From positions 1 through 25,396 of the forward strand of contig JAOPTX010000072.1 of the NCBI GenBank assembly GCA_051532055.1: a DNA stretch of 25,396 nt, in the 5' to 3' direction. The translations under genes and the position numbers were made by a program. The notes beneath the pieces were generated by a model that had not been told where the DNA came from, made no database searches, and saw only the letters and a list, made by a program, of their open reading frames with translations. The DNA comes from Fibrobacterales bacterium (GTDB lineage: Bacteria; Fibrobacterota; Fibrobacteria; Fibrobacterales; JAOPTW01). Shown here in pieces: positions 8,911 through 19,789 of this stretch (the first letter of the stretch is position 1; each line of letters starts with the position of its first letter).

Positions 8911-10674
8911 TTACTCATACTGCAAAAAATACAGGCCTTCTTTAATTCCCTTTGGAATGTGAATATTCTTTCTTTCATCTTTAGAAATTGTTCCTGAATA
9001 GATTCGAGAACCAGACAAGGTGTATATATTAAAGCTCTTGACGGATTCAGGTACCGAAATATTCGTTGCTGCTGAGTGGATAAGCCTTCCTGTTCGCATA
9101 GTTCTATGGGTGATCATGGTGTTGAGGAGCGGGGCAATGGATGTATCACTACTCAAGTGTTCGGGTACTGTGTGAACCGATGATACTAACTCCTCTCTAT
9201 TCGATTGTGAGGAGTGCGGGTAGTGAGTACTCTCTTGTGAACTTTCTATACTGTTATTCCCATTGCTCACCCCTGAAAATGAAACGAACATACTGCTAGA
9301 AGACTGAGAGTCACTTGAAGTGTGTATTTGCTCGTGAGAGGACTGTTGGTGCGTTGATGATTCTGTTATTGAAGAAACGTGTTGCTGTGATGAGTGAGAA
9401 GAAGATTCTGGACTTGATGAAACTGATGAAACTGATGATTCTGAACTTTCAGAACTGAGGAGTGGTGGGACAGTCCAAACTCTACTGTCTCCATTGGGAA
9501 AGGTAAATGCGTTGAGTTCATCCCATATGTAATCTCGGATTGCATGTATGTTTTCGCTGATTTGGAGTGGAAGGGTGTTAGGTATACTGTAATTTAACGG
9601 AATAGGCTCCTTAAATAGTGATGAGTAGTGAACCAGCGCGGCAAGAAAATAGAGGGCTGGTCTGCCATGAGGGGCAACGTCTTCATAGAGATCGGTGAGG
9701 GGGATTGAGTTGAGAGCGGGAATAGTTTGAAAGAGCCCACTGATGATAGGGCCTACGGGGAACATCTGTACCGAAGCATCGGGTCGTTCTTGCTGTATCA
9801 TGTCTTGTAAATCTAGCCACCAGGTGTGAAAATCACCACGTGCATTGGTATGATATTCTTCCATTTCATCTTGTGTGGCGGGGAATTGAGGGAGTTTTGG
9901 CCAGTTTTCATATATGATAAATGGAATATTGGGGTAGTGGCTGCGCGCATTGTCGAGTAATCGAAAGGTTGACTCCATAGGTGTAAAGCCTCCGTATGGG
10001 GCTGTTGCAGGGGAGTTTTGTACAAAATTTGCATGAGTGATAATGATATTGGTATATGAGCTTTCTCCAAAGCTGTTGTTCCATGCAGAAGGTACTCCAT
10101 CAAATTTCCATTGAGGCGTCCCTGGGATTGTATGGTAAGGCGGCTGTCCAAATTGTCCATCAACCGCCCATTTTTTACCTCCTGCTGTTGCGAGTTGTGA
10201 GAGCCAAAATGGAATATTGGAGGTGTGTGGGTCAGGACCTAATGTATGATGTACGAGGCTATGACCGAAAATATACGTGCGCATTTCTGTAGAGTCAACA
10301 GGTCCTATTCGTAACTTGAGTGATGCATTACCCATAGATCGGTTGCCGCTTGCATCCAGAGCCATGACAGTGCAATCATACCGACCAGGGGGTAATTGAG
10401 CAAATTCCTTTGAAAGATCTGTTTGAGTGGAATACCATTCTTGTCCACTTTCTTGATGGCTCATGTGTATGGCATAATGATCAACGTCGTTCGAGGGGGT
10501 AGGGGGTTCCCAGCGGACTCTAAAAGAAGTATGCGTGATGTTTTCAGCATACAGTGCCGTAACATCAGCAGGAGGCGTTGTGTCTTGGGCAAATACTGAA
10601 GTGAGTGTGGTTGCCAAAAGAAGGCATACTGTCTGTAGGGGGCTGAAGAGAGGCTTAAAAAGGGTGTGCTGCAT
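8911..10674 (-). CDS. Secreted FN3 plus SGNH/GDSL-like hydrolase protein with Ser/His-rich linker and T9SS-like CTD
   Basis: DTTPP...ITHTSFRVRW...VMALDASGNRS FN3 pattern; IFGHSL block-I-like motif and late D-x3-H (DVAPH); tail IYTLSG...GLYFLQY. Confidence 0.7.
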   Translation of the reverse strand: MQHTLFKPLFSPLQTVCLLLATTLTSVFAQDTTPPADVTALYAENITHTSFRVRWEPPTPSNDVDHYAIHMSHQESGQEWYSTQTDLSKEFAQLPPGRYDCTVMALDASGNRSMGNASLKLRIGPVDSTEMRTYIFGHSLVHHTLGPDPHTSNIPFWLSQLATAGGKKWAVDGQFGQPPYHTIPGTPQWKFDGVPSAWNNSFGESSYTNIIITHANFVQNSPATAPYGGFTPMESTFRLLDNARSHYPNIPFIIYENWPKLPQFPATQDEMEEYHTNARGDFHTWWLDLQDMIQQERPDASVQMFPVGPIISGLFQTIPALNSIPLTDLYEDVAPHGRPALYFLAALVHYSSLFKEPIPLNYSIPNTLPLQISENIHAIRDYIWDELNAFTFPNGDSRVWTVPPLLSSESSESSVSSVSSSPESSSHSSQQHVSSITESSTHQQSSHEQIHTSSDSQSSSSMFVSFSGVSNGNNSIESSQESTHYPHSSQSNREELVSSVHTVPEHLSSDTSIAPLLNTMITHRTMRTGRLIHSAATNISVPESVKSFNIYTLSGSRIYSGTISKDERKNIHIPKGIKEGLYFLQYE

Positions 10675-10997
10675 AGGGGTAATCAGTTAATGACTTGCCT
10701 ATAAATATATCCAATGCTTGCTGAGGTAGCCCTTTTTATAAATATATGTGTTGAGTGGGGGAACAACGCATTTTCTCTTACAATACCACAAATAGATTCA
10801 GCCGGGTAATAACACGGTACTACATATTTTTGACACCAGAAACATGAATATTGAGTTCATTATTACACCAAAATGATCTTTTAATGTGAAATTAAGGGCA
10901 ATAGTGTGACTTTGTGTTAGAAAATGTGTTTGGTGATATATAATGTTACGTACGGCTCTAATGGAGGTGTATGATCCGATAAAAATAATGAACCAAC

Positions 10998-11029
10998 AAA
11001 AAAGGCTCCTCATTTTATAAGGAGCCTTT
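10998..11029 (-). terminator. Rho-independent terminator downstream of the Ig-repeat lipoprotein gene
   Basis: Perfect 10-bp stem AAAGGCTCCT/AGGAGCCTTT with T-run on the minus strand, about 20 bp after the stop codon. Confidence 0.85.
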
Positions 11030-11050
11030 CTGTTTCACTAACAAATGGTT

Positions 11051-12850
11051 TTAAAAGCCGAAGCCGAGCGGCACAGCTATAACAGCCATTCCGTTAACAG
11101 AAGTGTTTCCTTCGATAGAAACCTCAACAGTAAAAGATAGTCCGGGTGCTGCGCTTGCGGGAACGGAAAGGAGCCCGTCTGAATCAATCGTAGGCCACTC
11201 ACCAAACATACCGCCAGAGGGATCTTCTTGGACCGCCCAAACAAATGTTCCTTGTGTCTCTGAGGTTTCGCCAGTACTCTCCCAAACAACGTTAGCCGAA
11301 AGTTGAAGAGTTTCACCCGGTGATACTTTTTCATTCTTAGGAGTTATTTCGATTACCTCTTTGTCTGATGACGAAGACGATGACGATGGTGTTGTTGAAG
11401 AAGAACTTTCATTCAGGGAGGAGTTACCCTGAATTTCAGAGCTTGAGCTTTCTGAAGAATTCTGAGAACTAGAATTAGTTTCTGATGAAGACTCATCTTG
11501 GGTTATATTGCTGCTTGGAGTCTCTAGTGTAGCCTCGGGGAAGTCAAGTCCAACGCCAGGTCCTACATATGCAATCGCACCGCCATTTACCAATGTACTC
11601 TCTTCGAGTTCCGCATAGATGATCATCATACCTCCAGCGATGGCTGTTGAGGGTGCGGATACTAATCCAGATTGCGTGATCGTAGTCTTCATGCCGTTCA
11701 TGTCGGGCATATCTCCAACATCAATACCAGCGGCACCTCCAAAATCATTTCCAAAATTTAACATTTCTGCCAAAGGATCAAAAACACCCCATTTAATAGT
11801 ACCAGCATCTGCCACAACTTCTTTCTTTCTCAGATCCATAACCTGAGCCATAAATTGTTTAGATTGACTACTCCCAATATTGGCCATCAAGGGAGTAACA
11901 ACAATGACCGTATCTGCGAGCACTTCAAGTAGATAATTCCCCCTCACTCCTTGAGCAGTTGCTGAAAGAGTCGTTATCCCAATCTTTTTTGTACTCACCA
12001 GTCCATCACTATCAATAGTAGCTACGGAATCGACTGATGTACTCCAAGAATAGGAGGCTTCCATATCTTTTCCATCCATTGAATATCCCTGAGCTTTGAG
12101 TTGTACCTGATCACCCTTAAAGACCATCTCTACTTTACCATCTGCCCGCGTCACTTTAATATAGCCTAGGACAGGTGGTGGGGTTATTTCTGGTAACACC
12201 GTCACTGCAACATACCCTGTTTCGGATGATCCATTAAAAGTTCCCGTAACCTGTATGGTTGCTGTTCCCGCCTTTTTAAGGGTAACAAAGCCGGAGTTAC
12301 TCACGGTTGCTACCACTTCATTCAGACTTTTATAGGTTACTGAATAGTCACCCACGACACTCATAAGCGTTACTATTTCGAAATCATCACCAAGCATTCC
12401 CATGTAGGCAGGCGGGCCAACAATTAATTTTCCCGAAGGATTGAGTCCTACAACAGGAATGTTGATTGAGAACGACTCACCATCTACCGTTGCAGATGCA
12501 GTGATAGAAGTGGCTCCTATTCCCGTGAATTCAATCTTTCCCGACTTATCTACTTTTGCAACTGATGGATCTGCAGAAGAGTAACTGATAGTCGTTGATA
12601 CTGTCGCGCCATCTGCCCCGTACAACTCCACATCCAATTGTTCCGATTCCCCTGGCTTTAAGGCGGGTAATCCCGATTTTACAACAAGGGATGATTCCGC
12701 TGTCTCTGATTCTCCTTCGGTACTCGACCTTTCTTCAGAATCTGATTTGGAATCTGTATCAGAAATATTGCATCCAACCATAGAAACGAGAATGAGTAGA
12801 CCAAAGAAAATGACTTTTTCAATAGGCAATAGTTTTTGTATTATAAGCAT
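11051..12850 (-). CDS. Lipoprotein with multiple bacterial Ig-like (Big_2) domains
   Basis: Lipobox MVGC; repeated YSSADPSVAKVDKSG, YKSLNEVVATVSNSG and WSTSVDSVATIDSDG Big_2 motifs; Ser-rich linker. Confidence 0.85.
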   Translation of the reverse strand: MLIIQKLLPIEKVIFFGLLILVSMVGCNISDTDSKSDSEERSSTEGESETAESSLVVKSGLPALKPGESEQLDVELYGADGATVSTTISYSSADPSVAKVDKSGKIEFTGIGATSITASATVDGESFSINIPVVGLNPSGKLIVGPPAYMGMLGDDFEIVTLMSVVGDYSVTYKSLNEVVATVSNSGFVTLKKAGTATIQVTGTFNGSSETGYVAVTVLPEITPPPVLGYIKVTRADGKVEMVFKGDQVQLKAQGYSMDGKDMEASYSWSTSVDSVATIDSDGLVSTKKIGITTLSATAQGVRGNYLLEVLADTVIVVTPLMANIGSSQSKQFMAQVMDLRKKEVVADAGTIKWGVFDPLAEMLNFGNDFGGAAGIDVGDMPDMNGMKTTITQSGLVSAPSTAIAGGMMIIYAELEESTLVNGGAIAYVGPGVGLDFPEATLETPSSNITQDESSSETNSSSQNSSESSSSEIQGNSSLNESSSSTTPSSSSSSSDKEVIEITPKNEKVSPGETLQLSANVVWESTGETSETQGTFVWAVQEDPSGGMFGEWPTIDSDGLLSVPASAAPGLSFTVEVSIEGNTSVNGMAVIAVPLGFGF

Positions 12851-13104
12851 TTAAGCATCCTTAATAGTTTGAAAGTGAATAAAATATAGTAAGAGTTATT
12901 TAATGATACTTGTGATTAACATTGGAGAGGGCAAACTGTTCCAGAAAAATACAGCGGTATAATAACGTTTTCAACATTGCTTTAAAAGGGGTTTTCTTAA
13001 CAGCATAAGGTTGGTTTCGAACCAATTAATCGTTTTAATTAAAAATGGGTGCCGATAGAGGCATTAGATTAATATTGAATTCCTCTAGGTAGAGGGAAGC
13101 GAAT

Positions 13105-13268
13105 TTACGGGAGTCTTGATAGACCACATCTATCCAGTTTCTCTGAGGAGTGAAATACCTTGGTCGCGGATGGTTTTGTAATCAGTTGCTCGGAACCTCT
13201 CTACATGGGCGAGGACTTTGAGTTCACGGAGTTCTGTTGAGGGCGTCAGCTTAATCCCAGAGGTGAGT
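13105..13268 (-). pseudogene. Decayed partial duplicate of the gene at 14741-15571
   Basis: Near-identical direct repeat of about 14855-15037 (ctgaggagtgaaatac...gcgaggactttgagttcacggagttctgtt...cccagaggtgagt) with small deletions. Confidence 0.85.
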
Positions 13269-13401
13269 GTACGCGGTACTTGGGAAAATGCATCGCTTTG
13301 GCATACGATATTAAGTTTCGTATATGATTCAATACGGTGGGTTTACTCAACACTTAATTACTAATTTGTGGTCCCTGATTAAATTGAATGAGATATTTAG
13401 A

Positions 13402-14619
13402 ATGAAAATGATTTACAGTGTTTGCATGGCGCTATTGATGGCTGCTTGTACCAATAGTGTATCTATTGAAGATATTGGTGAGCCGCTTTTTGATTACTTA
13501 GCAAATGAAGATGATAGCACTTTGGTATCAGACGATTATAGAAGCGCTGTGGTAGTCAAAGATATCACCCTTGAGCCTATACTCCAAGATACTATTAATT
13601 ATATTAGAGAGCTTGAAGAGGGCAGAGTGGCAGAACACGTAGAATTATGTAGAGATCTTTTTACAAAAGAAACAAAAGAGTGCCTCTTTGACATAAACTA
13701 TGAAGTAAGATGGCCTGGTTTCACTTACGGGGGTAATTCGAGCGTACTAACTAATCAAGAAGAGTTTTATGACGAATTAGATCAATTATTTGAATATGAT
13801 ATGCATGTGCCTGGGGTAGAAGTGCTTGACTCTTTATACAACATAAAAATTGCGCATAATGAAGTTGTAAATTTTTTATCGCTCAGTAGATCAAGCGTTT
13901 CGAGAGTCGTTAGTCTATCTATAGACGCAACAAATACTGTTGATTATGATTCGTATACTTCCCAAGCAGATGTAAGGGATGATTTTGGAACTTCGTATGT
14001 CAGTGAAATTATTTTTGGCACTATTGAGTATTTTGTAATCAAACTACAGAATATATCAGATGAACACTATAGTAAAAACGACCTAGATCGTGCTTTAATT
14101 CACATTCTCAATGGTGCAACAGAACTATCTGCCTATGAAAAGAAAGTGGTGTATACCAGTGAAATTTACGTACAATTTGGTAATTCCTCAGCGTATTTAC
14201 CGTGGACTAAAGTTCCAAATCTTAATACCCTGTATGATGTTAAACAATATATGATTGATACTCGGAAAGATATAAGCGTGCCCATATCCTTGAAGTACAG
14301 CCAATATCGACAACCATTTGATCGAGATGATGAAGAATTCGAAATGGAGGTCGAGCCTTATTATATTTATTTTGCAGAGATATATTTCAGAGACTATTAC
14401 AAACTTCTGATGTGGTATAATTCTTTCGAAGATGTATCAGTATTGGAGGATGAGTTTATAGAGGCTAAAAAAGGTCTTCAGGATTTAGTGTTAGAAGTTT
14501 CGGATCCAAAATTTGATCTCAATGAAATGCCTAAACCTTCGGATGAACAGAGATATCAAACAGCGTATCATTATAGACGGAACTATGATTATAATTCCCA
14601 AAAAATAGACAAAGATTAG
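13402..14619 (+). CDS. Acidic lipoprotein, possible MACPF/CDC-like fold
   Basis: ATG at 13402 gives MKMIYSVCMALLMAAC lipobox; FGTSYVSEIIFG resembles the MACPF (Y/F)GT/SH(Y/F)x6GG signature. Confidence 0.6.
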   Translation: MKMIYSVCMALLMAACTNSVSIEDIGEPLFDYLANEDDSTLVSDDYRSAVVVKDITLEPILQDTINYIRELEEGRVAEHVELCRDLFTKETKECLFDINYEVRWPGFTYGGNSSVLTNQEEFYDELDQLFEYDMHVPGVEVLDSLYNIKIAHNEVVNFLSLSRSSVSRVVSLSIDATNTVDYDSYTSQADVRDDFGTSYVSEIIFGTIEYFVIKLQNISDEHYSKNDLDRALIHILNGATELSAYEKKVVYTSEIYVQFGNSSAYLPWTKVPNLNTLYDVKQYMIDTRKDISVPISLKYSQYRQPFDRDDEEFEMEVEPYYIYFAEIYFRDYYKLLMWYNSFEDVSVLEDEFIEAKKGLQDLVLEVSDPKFDLNEMPKPSDEQRYQTAYHYRRNYDYNSQKIDKD

Positions 14620-14740
14620 TGAGAAATTTGATTGACCAATGGTGATCACCCACAGTATTTGTTAAATCACAGTCAGTAACCTCGTGTAACGGTAGCTTAT
14701 AGTGGTTGCTCATTTGAGGTACACACCCTCTTACAGCGCC

Positions 14741-15571
14741 CTACAAAGCCAACCTCTCCTTCCCATCATTATCCTCAACACCCACTGCCTTCAACCGTTT
14801 CTTTTTCAAATACTGTTGCCGAGCATACTGGCTATTAAACTCCTTGCGTACTTCGGGGGAGTCTTGAAAGGCTACATCTATCCAGTTTCTAATCTCCAGT
14901 TCCGTAGTTCTGAGGAGTGAAATACATTGGTCGCGGATGGTTTTGAAATCAGTTGCATGGAACCTCTCTGCATGGGCGAGGACTTTGAGTTCACGGAGTT
15001 CTGTTACGAGGGCGTCAGCTTCATCCCAGAGGTGAGTATCAAAAATGACGGGGGAGTCTTCGAGGGGGAGTGCTCTGCCGAGTAAGGCAAGTTCTGTGAT
15101 ATCTCTCAGCACACCGTCCATAGCTTTTGATTTATTAAAAGAGATGATCCTTTTAATGTGGCGTGGTTCTTTCATGCACACCAGTTTTAAAATTTTAACC
15201 ATCTTAGAACGCAGTTCCTTGGCTTAAGGGGCGCGTTGTGTCCAGATGTCACGGTCGGTGGTTTCGGTGCGTAACTTTTGCTTAAAGAGTATGTCGGCGT
15301 GCTGTGCGGCCCGAGACTGCATGATTGCTTTATGTGCGGTCTCTTTACTAAACCCAAAGGTCTTGAGTGCGTTTAAGTGATTGAGTGCAGTCTTACCCAG
15401 TTCTTCTACTTCAAAGAGATATGTATCGATACGCATAGAGGGAATGTGGAGTGCATTGGTCGGTTGCGCAGTAATCTCGTCGATAATCAGGCCATAACAC
15501 GCTTTAGGTTGGTCGGGAACCTTAGAGCTGGGCCTAGTATAGGGGCTTTTGTTATCGTTCTTGCTACTCAT
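14741..15571 (-). pseudogene. Helical hypothetical protein (about 276 codons) split by one in-frame TAA at 15224-15226
   Basis: ORFs 15224..15571 and 14741..15202 are in the same frame; the 21 bp between them read AKELRSK; GGGAG RBS upstream of 15571. Confidence 0.8.
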
Positions 15572-15593
15572 GGTGTCTCCCTCGGGTTAATTC

Positions 15594-15803
15594 CTATCCA
15601 TATGCAACGGTTTGCTATAGATATTGGGTGTTTTGCAGTCCATATGTATGCTGATGCTATCCATATTGGGCAATTTCTTATCCATAGGTGGTCGAATGCT
15701 ATGGGTATGTGCTGATTTGCTCTACCTATGCAAGAGGATACTCTCTATATGTGGTAATTTCCTATCCATAGGTCACTCGATACTATCCATATTGGGTTGA
15801 TTC
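15594..15803. repeat. Degenerate 21-bp tandem array, 10 units (consensus about CTATCCATATnnnnnnnnTTG)
   Basis: Units start exactly every 21 bp: 15594, 15615, 15636 ... 15783. Confidence 0.85.
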
Positions 15804-16118
15804 AGTATATCCTTTCTTACCAGTATTGAGTAATTAAATATCTGATTTTACTAAAGAATTTTGGTTATTTAATCAGTGTAAGTCATGGCACCTAAGCTAT
15901 ATCCAAGTCATTATTAAGCTATTGCCTGTGATCTATAATTTATTACCAATACTCAAAGGACTCTAATATTGAGTACTGCTGGCTTAAGATTTACATATCA
16001 TGGTTTAATATCAATTAACATTGTTTAGAATTTTTCTGAACTAGGCATTTACATTCTCAGTCCTTATAATCAAGTTATTATCCCTAGGAAAGCTTTTCTC
16101 AGATCTGTGACTCCATAT

Positions 16119-16454
16119 GGTAGTAATTCTGGTCAAGAGTGTTGTAAAGCACTCGCAGACGGTAGGTAATTCGTGGGATATGGGTGGTATTTGCTCAGAT
16201 AGTACTTGTAATTGCCCCAATAGGGGCGGTATTCGGTGAAATATGAGGGTAAATGAGCTCAATAGGATAGGGATTATACCGGAGATCGTATTGCGGAGAC
16301 TGTATCTGGTAGGTAATGACCCGAATAGGGCATGTATTCTATTGAGTATAGGTGTAAATAAGGTCAATATCGTCGTAATTATGCTGAATATCGGAGTAAC
16401 TCACTCAGATTGATACCCAAATGTACTGAATCTAGGGGTGATTGGGAACACGAT
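16119..16454. repeat. Second degenerate 21-bp tandem array, about 16 units; reads as heptads in minus-strand ORF 16041..16367
   Basis: Units such as ggtaggtaattcgtgggatat, gggtggtatttgctcagatag, ggtaggtaatgacccgaatag in exact 21-bp register. Confidence 0.75.
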
Positions 16455-16630
16455 TGTGTGTATTAATGGTTTGAGGGGGAGTGGATGTTGTCTCTTGTGA
16501 ATGATGTTGGTTTTTACGTTGTAATTTGAGGGGGAATTTTTAGGTTTATGGTGTAAATTTACCATCTGTGTGATAAGAGTTATATGGCTTTTGATTACAT
16601 ATTATTTCTGCTCACCAAATAGGATTTGTA

Positions 16631-17047
16631 ATGTCTCCCACTAATAAACTTGGCACACCAAAAGATTTAGATAGTATCACTTTAAATGATGTGCTTGAAA
16701 ACAAGGTTTGGGTTTGGACATGGGAAGTAAACCTTGACGAAGACTATGATGAATCTTGGCAGTTGCCTATAATTGGACTTGATGATATTTCTTCTGAGTT
16801 TAGCGAGCCAGTTATCACACTAAAAGTTAAAGACACTGAGATCTATGCTTCAGGAACTTTTGATTATGATAGCAACACAATATTTGGTATTAGCATTTGG
16901 GAAAATGATAACTGGGTTTTACTTCGGCTAAGTTCTTTAAGCGAGCCTATATCGTTTATATCACTTGTTAAAATTGATGGCAAGGAAAACCTAGAATTTC
17001 AGACATCATCTAAATTAATTGATGATGCGCCATTATTAGAATTTTAG
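16631..17047 (+). CDS. Hypothetical acidic, Trp-rich cytoplasmic protein
   Basis: 138-aa ORF with AGGA RBS; no motif recognised. Confidence 0.7.
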   Translation: MSPTNKLGTPKDLDSITLNDVLENKVWVWTWEVNLDEDYDESWQLPIIGLDDISSEFSEPVITLKVKDTEIYASGTFDYDSNTIFGISIWENDNWVLLRLSSLSEPISFISLVKIDGKENLEFQTSSKLIDDAPLLEF

Positions 17048-17210
17048 ACGGAAACAACCACATGTTTTGGGATGAGTGTTTGAGGGAGATATACTAAAAG
17101 TCAGTAGCACTATGTTCAATCACTATAGTTGAGTGTTTCATACAATTATTTTATGTTTATCCTATCGGTGCAACACCCCTAACTTCGTAGCTCCTAACCC
17201 TTGGCGATAT

Positions 17211-19139
17211 ATGTTTTCAATAAGACCACTGATACTCGTGTGTATCACAGCGATACTCCTAATTCAAAACCTATCTGCAATAGAGCTTGATAGTATTCAA
17301 ACCCTCAATGGAGCTGACGTGCCTCAGGTAGATACTGTTGTTGCAGAGCCTTCTGTTGAGGGTGTATCTCTTATTCCTGTGCGTCATCATACCTATCAGA
17401 GGCTTAACCAAGATGAAAATGACTTACTTACCAATATAGGGGGTTTGAGTGTGTTACCTCATCTGTATTATCTTGATGGGGCAGTGGTTTTTATCTCCTC
17501 CAGTTATTTTGATGTCTATTCCTTACTCATAGATGACCATATTAAACAGGCTGAATATAATGTGCATGGGTATTCCGTTGCCTATGGAGATAATCATGCG
17601 GGATTGATAGATATGACATCGCGAAGAGGAGGCCTCGATAGTAGTAATTCATATTATCAAGGCTCCAAAATTTCTGTAGGGACCTTTAATAAACAAGTAT
17701 CCTATGAGGGGCACCATAGTGGGTTTCGGTGGTTTGGAGGGTATAGAAATATCAATACTGAAAATGAATTCCTAGGCATAGAAGAGTTTGCACTAGAAGG
17801 TTGGAATGATCGATATTCCCAAGTAACCATTCAGGGAGGAGCCTCCTATGATATCACGCCCGATCAGGATATTCGATTTACACTATTTTCACAGAGTCAA
17901 ACAGAACAGATGTATCCTAGTCTCTCAACTGAATCACGAATGTATGCACTAAATTATACTGTACGCTCTATTACTGAGGGTCTCGATTTGAGTGTGCACG
18001 GTTCACAGAGTAGTGCTAAAAATGTTTCAGGTTTTCGAGGGGTAGTAAAGTCCGAAACCAACTTGATTGTATCAACTGTTCGCAATGAATTGAGTGTGCG
18101 AGTCGTACCAAATCACACGATAACAGGAGTGCTTGCACTCAGTAGCATAAGTAATGGGTTCAAACAAGTATTTTCTTCGGGTGCCCAATACACTGATAGT
18201 ACTCGTACAGAAAGTGTTGTTGTAGAAACGGAACATGGAGATTCAGTAGAAGTTTGGCTTGGAAATGCGTCTATTGAAGATCAGTGGAGTGTTGGGAATG
18301 CACGTATTACTCCTGGTGCTCGTATGAGTTATCATTTCGATATGAAAGAGTTTACGTTTGATCCTCGGTTTACGCTAGACTATGCCTTAACAGCATTTCA
18401 GAAAGTGACTATTCATGTAGGAGAATATACTCAATTTATTAATACTTCAGGGCAACCTGGTGATTTTAGCATTGGTCAACCTTGGGTGTTGTTGGCTCAA
18501 CAAACTCCGTATCGTTCCATTAGTCCGAGTAGGAGTAGGCTCTATAGTATACAGTACGCTATAGACGATATACTCTCTGTTTTTTCAGCTACCGCTTCGC
18601 TTTCATATCAGAGCTTTGAAAACCTTTATGGCTTTGGAGATGATGATACTACCAATAGTGCCTATGGTAAAGAAGATGCAGTGATAGAAGACTATATTAC
18701 TTTAATCGAAGGTAATAGTTATGGAGCAAGTCTTACGCTCTCTAAAAGTGAGGGGGCACTGGAAGGGTTCATAGAAGCGGGGTATTATACCGCAATTCAT
18801 ACAGATGCCACGGGAAAAACAAGTCGTCCTTATTCTGCTAATTGGAGTAACACTATCTCTTATGATTCTCGGCTATCTATTGTATGGAAGGGGAGAGCGG
18901 GGCTCTTTTATTCAGATTGGCAGTGGTCTTCTGCGGTGCGGTATCGCTACGTTAATAGAATATACCCACCAAGTACTCGAATATTTTTGAAGTTACTTGA
19001 TCTCAGTAGTGAACATTGGCGTACGTCCCTTTCATTTGTCTTTGCAGATGGGGATATAGTATATGGCGGACGGGATGGATATAATGAATTGCCCGATCGC
19101 TGGTATCCACTTATGTGGGAGTTTGAGTATCAGTTTTAG
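17211..19139 (+). CDS. TonB-dependent-receptor-like outer-membrane beta-barrel
   Basis: Signal peptide from ATG 17211; plug-like YGDNHAGLIDMTSR; ITPGAR...FDPRFTLDY strands; C-terminal EFEYQF. Confidence 0.75.
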   Translation: MFSIRPLILVCITAILLIQNLSAIELDSIQTLNGADVPQVDTVVAEPSVEGVSLIPVRHHTYQRLNQDENDLLTNIGGLSVLPHLYYLDGAVVFISSSYFDVYSLLIDDHIKQAEYNVHGYSVAYGDNHAGLIDMTSRRGGLDSSNSYYQGSKISVGTFNKQVSYEGHHSGFRWFGGYRNINTENEFLGIEEFALEGWNDRYSQVTIQGGASYDITPDQDIRFTLFSQSQTEQMYPSLSTESRMYALNYTVRSITEGLDLSVHGSQSSAKNVSGFRGVVKSETNLIVSTVRNELSVRVVPNHTITGVLALSSISNGFKQVFSSGAQYTDSTRTESVVVETEHGDSVEVWLGNASIEDQWSVGNARITPGARMSYHFDMKEFTFDPRFTLDYALTAFQKVTIHVGEYTQFINTSGQPGDFSIGQPWVLLAQQTPYRSISPSRSRLYSIQYAIDDILSVFSATASLSYQSFENLYGFGDDDTTNSAYGKEDAVIEDYITLIEGNSYGASLTLSKSEGALEGFIEAGYYTAIHTDATGKTSRPYSANWSNTISYDSRLSIVWKGRAGLFYSDWQWSSAVRYRYVNRIYPPSTRIFLKLLDLSSEHWRTSLSFVFADGDIVYGGRDGYNELPDRWYPLMWEFEYQF

Positions 19140-19249
19140 GTGTACTCCTCGTGTCAGATCAAAACGCTCTTTTACATCTTATTTAAAAAGCATGTAACAT
19201 TATCAATAATAGCGACGTCTAATCCTTGGGCACACTAATAAGGAATACT

Positions 19250-19630
19250 ATGACTTTAAAACTATTAATACCAATGGTAGCAGCAGTGTTACTTCTGTCA
19301 TGTTTTATGAATGATGATGACTCACCCAATAATGATTCTGTTGGCATAAGCAGTTCAGCTACCAAGTTACAGATTCGTCTAGTACCATAAGATACAATCA
19401 AAGGGGCACTAATACTACCCGGTATGTCTTCAGATAATTCAGGTTCTTCATACTAAAACGATCAATTGTCTGTAACTACAGACTTATAACAGTGAGCATC
19501 TCTATATCATTTAAAGAAAGAGAAACAGGTACAATTACTTTATGGTCGAGCTTCATTTTAAATTTTGCCAATGGAAAAACCTGTTATTCTATTACAAGAT
19601 ACATATTTGTAGAGTGTGCTAACTTACTGA
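19250..19630 (+). pseudogene. Frameshifted lipoprotein remnant (MTLKLLIPMVAAVLLLSC...); 3' limit approximate
   Basis: TAAGGA RBS, ATG at 19250 and LLSC lipobox, stop at 19388-19390; protein-like sequence continues in other frames with stops. Confidence 0.6.
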
Positions 19631-19789
19631 TGGGAATGGGGTAGACTGGGGTAGTTTAAGACGGCTTTGCTACGCATTATTTTCTGAGGATAGTAAAAAA
19701 AGGAATAGGGTAAGGGCACTCTAATTCTATTTTGCGTCTTATGAACGGTTCTGCATAATACTCATTATACTGTATTATACCTTCTTTAC

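Noticed and set aside
10798..11013. 71-aa ORF
   Set aside because: Begins inside a terminator hairpin in an AT-rich intergenic region; likely spurious
860..12783. Numerous short antisense or overlapping ORFs in the track
   Set aside because: They are shadows of long, well-supported CDSs and have no motifs or RBS support
15224..15226. Stop-codon reassignment or readthrough
   Set aside because: TAA terminates many intact genes in this window; a single nonsense change is simpler
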